From the NCBI GenBank assembly GCA_963663385.2, contig CAXXXD010000002.1, positions 1,760,001-1,824,000 on the forward strand: 64,000 bases of DNA. The letters are read 5' to 3'. The stretch comes from Oceanispirochaeta sp. GTDB lineage: Bacteria > Spirochaetota > Spirochaetia > DSM-2461. Made by a program: the position numbers and the translations under genes. This document shows, piece by piece, positions 58,751 to 64,000 of this stretch; the stretch's first letter is position 1, and every line of letters begins with the position of its first letter. Below the pieces are notes generated by a model that was not told the origin of the DNA, did not search any database, and saw nothing but the letters and a program-made list of their open reading frames with translations.

Positions 58751-61700
58751 TCAGAATTTAGGTTTAAAACTATAATAATTCGAGTTAAATGCAGCAGCAT
58801 TTTCCCACCACTTATATTCTTGATATGTTGTATATGGATCATCATAGACACCATTAGACCAACTTGCAAAATGAGTATGTTCAGAATCATTCACATCAAT
58901 ATACTTCTCCATATATGAATTAATATCCGCGTTTTGAAGTGCTTCATAGCTTTCATACGTTGTTTCAAATAAAGGATAATTATCAATGCCAAGCTTATCA
59001 CCAATCATAGCATTCAGACCGTTATAGGAAAGAACTTCACTATCATTATTAAACATTTCTCCCTGAGCATTTCGAAGTACATCTATCAGCTCATCAGGCC
59101 CTAGACTTACACCATATTTTTCCTGAAAGTAATTATTCGCATATTCAGCAGAAGCTGTAATTGCACAAGCACTGTGTTCATCCAGGCCTAATGCTTCTTC
59201 TACCATTTCCTGAGAGATATCTGTTTCGCTGTTCCGACCGAGATTATCCAGATAACTGTAGTTTCCGTTTCTTATGGCTAGATAGATCGGATCATATCCA
59301 GAACCATGATATTTTGCAATTTCTGTCTCAGAATACCAACCGCCTTTATCTTTATTATAATCAAGTCCAGACTTCATCATGATACTGTTGATATCCGATT
59401 TTGATTGCTTGTCATTACCAGTCTGAAAACCAGCGGTAATCGCCGCAATCTGACCTGACAGCGATCCATTAGCTCTTCTAATAGTCTGGGTTTCACCATT
59501 TTCATCCACAAAGATTAAGGTTTGCTTATCTCCATCATCAAGGACTTGCTGAACTTTTCCGTTTTCATCCAGTACAACACGCCAGTAGTCGGCACTTGAA
59601 TCATAAGCCCCATCCACATAGTTATTCCCGCCGGTTTTATAGGATACATAATCTTTCAGAAGCTCATCATTTCCATTAAAAATAGCGCTCCCATAATCAC
59701 CCATCAGCTTATCCAGAGTTGTGATATGCCCCTTCACAGCCTGCCGGGTTTCCATTTTCTGAGAATAATCACTGCTGATGTCTCCATCTCTGTGCGCTTC
59801 GTGGTTTAAAGTAACAAGCGTATCTACAACACTGGCCATATCATTCATATTAACGCCATTATTCAAAAATACAACCCTGTTCCCGTTTTCCAGTACGGTT
59901 TCTGCCTTTCCATCCACATCCTGATCAAATCTCAGCTCCGTATCCAGATGCATCATACTGGCAGCCTGTCTCTTGGCGGCAATATTGCCGTAGGCCCTCT
60001 GCATACGGTTCAATCTGGCCATATCTTCTGCAGTCTGTTTATCCGCAGCATATTTGTTCACGTTATCCGTAAAGGCTTCCACATTTTTCTGAATGCTTCG
60101 CTCGGAACCCAATACATACATTCCCTCCACAAAAGAGGCAAAGGTAGAGTAATCGGCTTTGATACCGCCGCTCCCTATTCTGGATGATAGCCCGTTATTT
60201 CCCAGATTGAGCTCCAAAAGTCCGCCATGATAAGCCGCATTATCAGAGTTTTTCAATCCGAACATGGAAAAGTCCAGAACATTGACAGTGGTATTCCCCG
60301 TCATGGCGTATTCGGTCAGCCCTCTGGTTACGGAACCGGCCATATTGCCGATGGCTCCCACATTGTAGGCCATACTCCCCCAGCCGCTGTCTTTTAGTGC
60401 TGTCTGATTTTTCATGGTGAAAGCATTACCTAATACTCCTGTCTGAAAGCTGGTTCTTGCGAAGTGTTCTGCCGTTCCAGCAATAACACCAGTCCAGGCA
60501 TCGGTTCCCTCAAAGCTTTTGCAGAAACCCTTCTGATTGAAATCCAGACCATTATCCCACTCAATGGCATTTATCCCGTTTGAAACAGCCATATTTGCTG
60601 TCAATTCAACGGCTTTCAGCCCTGTTGAGGCAAAAACTGAATTCTGGATAAACGGGTTATTCTGAAGCCCCTTGAACTCACCTCCGAAACCGGTATTAAA
60701 CGAGCTTCCAATGACCGAAGTCGCCAGGCTTGTTGCGCCTTTCCTGGCAAAACCGCTCCAGGCATCTCCAGCTTCCATCTGTCCGTTCTGTACATCAAGA
60801 GCCGTAAACAGCGCATCATCCACCATATTGGCCGCTGTGGACATCAACGCTGCAGCCAGAACATTCCCGGCCCCGGGAGCCATAGCCGTAAAGGCAATAT
60901 TTAACGCTATATCCGTCAAACTTCTGATAGTCGGAGCTGCCAGAAGGCTGTCGGAACTCCCGTCATTATCCGCATCATCATCCCATATTTTCTGGCTGTA
61001 GGCGGGCAGGTCCACCGTGGCAAATCCCCTCTGCATCCGGGCCTGCTGAATCAGGTAGTCTTTATAGATACGGCCCATCTCGCCGTAACCTTCGGTCTCC
61101 ACATCTTCCGGATCATCTTCTTCCATCTCCGGAGCATAACCCACATGGAAGTAAAACAGACCGGAAGTTGTTGTATGCTTTCCTGTCTCCTGCCAAATAT
61201 CATTCTCATCATAATACCCTGTATTGTATTGGGCAGAGTTTTCAAAAGCTTCTTGCTGCGCTTCCAGATGAGCCAGAAACTCATTGTCCAGGCCGTCGGT
61301 TTCCGCTTCATCCTGGCCGAAGACCAGACCAATATAATTTTCCAGATTTTCCTGAGCCTTTTTCACCTTCACATTGATCAATGTGCTGTTCAGTTTTTCC
61401 AGGCTTGCCTGGGACAGATCCACGCCGTGGTCAAAATCGGGGGCGATAAAGTCGTTGTAGACCCCTACCTCCTGGGTTTCCGACTCCGGGCCTCCCATCA
61501 GGGACGAATCGATAATGGTCCGTCTGGTATAGGTGTCGCCGTACCGGACGTAACCGGCATTATTCATGGTATTGGTCACGCTGTCGTCCACGCCCTTGTT
61601 GGCATCGTCAATGCTGTCGTCGATACCTTCTTCCATCTCGTCAATCAGCTCCGCCATCTGGAGGGCCTGAGCCGTAGCGAGGGCCTTCTGCAGGTCCTCT

Positions 61701-64000
61701 TTCAAATCCGCCTGTTTTTCCCGAAGATTGGCAATGTCGCTGGTTTTATCCGGGATGTGGGGGAGGGCGGCGGCCAGGATCATATCGTGTCCGCCGGACC
61801 GGGAGGTAAGGCTTTTCACACTGTCCATCATCTGTTTCAGGGTGGTGCCTTCCAGGGCGTCGGACACGATCTCCTGTACCGAACCCGCTTCCGTGGTCAT
61901 ATCCGGAATCAGGGCGAAATTGACCTGGCCGATCAGCCTGTCCGCTTCAAACCCCATATCACAGGCTAGGGATTCGGCCCCGGTGGATACGGCCGCTCTT
62001 GAACTCCTGTCCACCCATTCGTTCTTGTTGTATACCAGCTGCTGGTACCGGGCCTGCCAGAGAATCTCCTTTTTTTCGTACTCCCTCTGAAAGTCTCCCC
62101 GCCATTTCTCCCTTTTGCCTATCAGGCGTTCCATGGAGTTCTGCCACTGGGTTGTTCCCTCGGCTATCAGCTCGTCGGTCCGGTTCCGCCAGTAACTCTC
62201 CTGCCGGGAAATCTCCAGCAGACTGTTGTTAAGCTGATCGTAGCGCTCTTTTTTAACCACTTCCATCCGGCTGCTGAAGGCAGCCAGAAGGCTCTGGGCG
62301 TAATAGTTCAGATTATGGGCCTTCCCCTGAGCGGAGTAGGAGGCTGTTCCCGTATAGGCGTCCATCAGGCGGGAACTGTAATCTTCTGACGTGTACGCCG
62401 GGTTCTTATAGAGCTTTTCCGCCAGGGCTTTGTAAGCCGCCGCATCAAACTCGTCCGCATTCAAGCTGACCAGAAGTTTGTCGTAATCCGCAGCTCTGTC
62501 AGTCTCCAGATTTGCCTCGCGCACTGTGACAGTCTGTTCATTTGCGGCATTCAGGTTCCGCAGGTGGAGGAGCAGGCCGTCCAGAATCGTTGCATTACTG
62601 CCCTTAAAATTGCCGGCCATTGTATTGTAACTGCTGGTTAACAGGCTCTGTTCCGCCGTGTTCAGGGGGCGGCCGATCAGTTTTCCTATCAGATCGCCTG
62701 TGGTTGCCCCTGACAGGTTTCCGGAGCCGAGGTTTTCATTCAACTCGCTTTTGATCTGATCAATCTCTTTTTTCAGACTGTCCACTTCTATCAGGGCCAG
62801 AAGCTCTTCCGTAATATAAACGCCTCCCACATAGCCCTCTGCCGTTTCTTTCAGATTATGCCGCTCCTCTTTTATATACTTTCCTGTGGGAGTGTAGTTT
62901 CCGAAAATATCTTTATGCCTATTCTGCTCTTTTTTGGCAGCCTTGTTAAACTCTTCCCAGGCCAGATAGGAGAGATCCATGGACAGGGTTGTTTTAAAGT
63001 GACTATTCAATACTCCCGCCTGCATCATAAACTTGTAAAAATCATACATCTTTTTCTTTTGGGCATCTGATACAATGGCATTATAGTCGGCGGCTGTTTC
63101 CTCTTTCAGCCACTCTTCAGGAGTCAGAAGAACCTTTTTGATCGTGCCATTACTGTTGTAAAGTACTTCGACTTTTTCCGTATAGCCACCAGCCAGGTAT
63201 TTATCAATATCCCCCTTATACCCGATATGGCAGCTTCTAAAGAAATCCCCTTGCTTATCCAGCAGGTGAATATGCTGCCTATTCTCAAAAAGGGCGACCG
63301 TGTACCGGGAATCCCGGCTTTCGGGGGATAAATACTGAAAGGCCTCATGGTAGAGGGCGAAGGAGAAACTTTTCAGCAGTTCTGCCGTATTACCTCCGTA
63401 ACTCTGAAGGCTCTGTGCCCAGAGTATCATATCCCGGGAGCAAATCTCTTCAGAATTCTCCTGTGAGAAATAGTTGTTAATTTGAGTGTTCTGCTCCTCT
63501 TCTGTCATAGCGCGGAAATTGCTTATACCGGAAAAATCACTCATCCCCTGATTCACAAAGCTGTCATCCCAGGTCAGTTTGTTTCCAATCCTGGACAGAT
63601 CGAAAATAGTATTAAGCTGATCCTCCATCTCATCGGTGGATTTGCTGATCAAACCTTCCTGCCTGTCCAGCAGCCTTTGCAGCTCCGTCTGGGCGCTGAT
63701 TACCATATTCTGCAGGTTCCTGTGCTTTGCAGAGGCATTGACCGCGTTCTGCCAGGCTGTATCACGCTGGGATTCTGTGGCGCCTGTTGCCTTTATATTT
63801 TCCAGAACCTCAAGGGCTTTTGTCACATTGTCATAGGCCTCTTTTCTTTCGTCCCGGATACTGTATATATCCAGGGTTTCAGGTCTGTAGGCGCACTGGG
63901 CGTAGTCCAGAATCTCTTTTGCTGTCTGCAGCTTGTTCTGTTTATCCTTATACAGGGCAAAAGAGGTGTCCAGGTTGTTCTGGGCCGTTCTGTAGGCATT
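58751..64000 (-). CDS. Giant protein, C-terminal >=1749 aa (5' end outside window), with putative papain-like C-terminal domain
   Basis: Frame stays open to base 64000; helical/coiled-coil region, Gly/Ala-rich segment, LNHEAHRDG, terminal C...H...DP pattern. Confidence 0.85.
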   Translation of the reverse strand, partial: NAYRTAQNNLDTSFALYKDKQNKLQTAKEILDYAQCAYRPETLDIYSIRDERKEAYDNVTKALEVLENIKATGATESQRDTAWQNAVNASAKHRNLQNMVISAQTELQRLLDRQEGLISKSTDEMEDQLNTIFDLSRIGNKLTWDDSFVNQGMSDFSGISNFRAMTEEEQNTQINNYFSQENSEEICSRDMILWAQSLQSYGGNTAELLKSFSFALYHEAFQYLSPESRDSRYTVALFENRQHIHLLDKQGDFFRSCHIGYKGDIDKYLAGGYTEKVEVLYNSNGTIKKVLLTPEEWLKEETAADYNAIVSDAQKKKMYDFYKFMMQAGVLNSHFKTTLSMDLSYLAWEEFNKAAKKEQNRHKDIFGNYTPTGKYIKEERHNLKETAEGYVGGVYITEELLALIEVDSLKKEIDQIKSELNENLGSGNLSGATTGDLIGKLIGRPLNTAEQSLLTSSYNTMAGNFKGSNATILDGLLLHLRNLNAANEQTVTVREANLETDRAADYDKLLVSLNADEFDAAAYKALAEKLYKNPAYTSEDYSSRLMDAYTGTASYSAQGKAHNLNYYAQSLLAAFSSRMEVVKKERYDQLNNSLLEISRQESYWRNRTDELIAEGTTQWQNSMERLIGKREKWRGDFQREYEKKEILWQARYQQLVYNKNEWVDRSSRAAVSTGAESLACDMGFEADRLIGQVNFALIPDMTTEAGSVQEIVSDALEGTTLKQMMDSVKSLTSRSGGHDMILAAALPHIPDKTSDIANLREKQADLKEDLQKALATAQALQMAELIDEMEEGIDDSIDDANKGVDDSVTNTMNNAGYVRYGDTYTRRTIIDSSLMGGPESETQEVGVYNDFIAPDFDHGVDLSQASLEKLNSTLINVKVKKAQENLENYIGLVFGQDEAETDGLDNEFLAHLEAQQEAFENSAQYNTGYYDENDIWQETGKHTTTSGLFYFHVGYAPEMEEDDPEDVETEGYGEMGRIYKDYLIQQARMQRGFATVDLPAYSQKIWDDDADNDGSSDSLLAAPTIRSLTDIALNIAFTAMAPGAGNVLAAALMSTAANMVDDALFTALDVQNGQMEAGDAWSGFARKGATSLATSVIGSSFNTGFGGEFKGLQNNPFIQNSVFASTGLKAVELTANMAVSNGINAIEWDNGLDFNQKGFCKSFEGTDAWTGVIAGTAEHFARTSFQTGVLGNAFTMKNQTALKDSGWGSMAYNVGAIGNMAGSVTRGLTEYAMTGNTTVNVLDFSMFGLKNSDNAAYHGGLLELNLGNNGLSSRIGSGGIKADYSTFASFVEGMYVLGSERSIQKNVEAFTDNVNKYAADKQTAEDMARLNRMQRAYGNIAAKRQAASMMHLDTELRFDQDVDGKAETVLENGNRVVFLNNGVNMNDMASVVDTLVTLNHEAHRDGDISSDYSQKMETRQAVKGHITTLDKLMGDYGSAIFNGNDELLKDYVSYKTGGNNYVDGAYDSSADYWRVVLDENGKVQQVLDDGDKQTLIFVDENGETQTIRRANGSLSGQIAAITAGFQTGNDKQSKSDINSIMMKSGLDYNKDKGGWYSETEIAKYHGSGYDPIYLAIRNGNYSYLDNLGRNSETDISQEMVEEALGLDEHSACAITASAEYANNYFQEKYGVSLGPDELIDVLRNAQGEMFNNDSEVLSYNGLNAMIGDKLGIDNYPLFETTYESYEALQNADINSYMEKYIDVNDSEHTHFASWSNGVYDDPYTTYQEYKWWENAAAFNSNYYSFKPKF

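Overview
64 kb of a bacterial chromosome. Spirochaete-type solute-binding proteins, an alpha2-type GlyRS and the lipoprotein signals suggest a free-living spirochaete (Spirochaetaceae-like; inference). Most genes are housekeeping or metabolic: rbgA, ilvBN, class I DAHP synthase, hisI, alaA, gltX, glyQS, tyrS, two sugar ABC systems with regulators, a 2-oxoacid:ferredoxin oxidoreductase-buk-ptb operon and several c-di-GMP/signalling genes. Three loci stand out. (1) A complete ~1.38 kb IS110 element sits exactly in the Shine-Dalgarno between lacI and glpQ. Its upstream non-coding end carries two repeated stem-loops whose variable segments match the target and donor junctions, i.e. a bridge/seek-type RNA whose target guide reads as an RBS plus start codon. 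(2) A coupled gene pair encodes a Ddl-like ATP-grasp ligase fused to an apparently inactive M20 domain and a gamma-glutamyltransferase with a remodelled pocket. (3) At the right end, a >1750-codon protein with an AT-rich Cys-His-Asp C-terminal tip is followed by an FGE/SUMF1-fold lipoprotein and decayed genes, a polymorphic-toxin-like layout. No rRNA, tRNA or CRISPR array was recognised.
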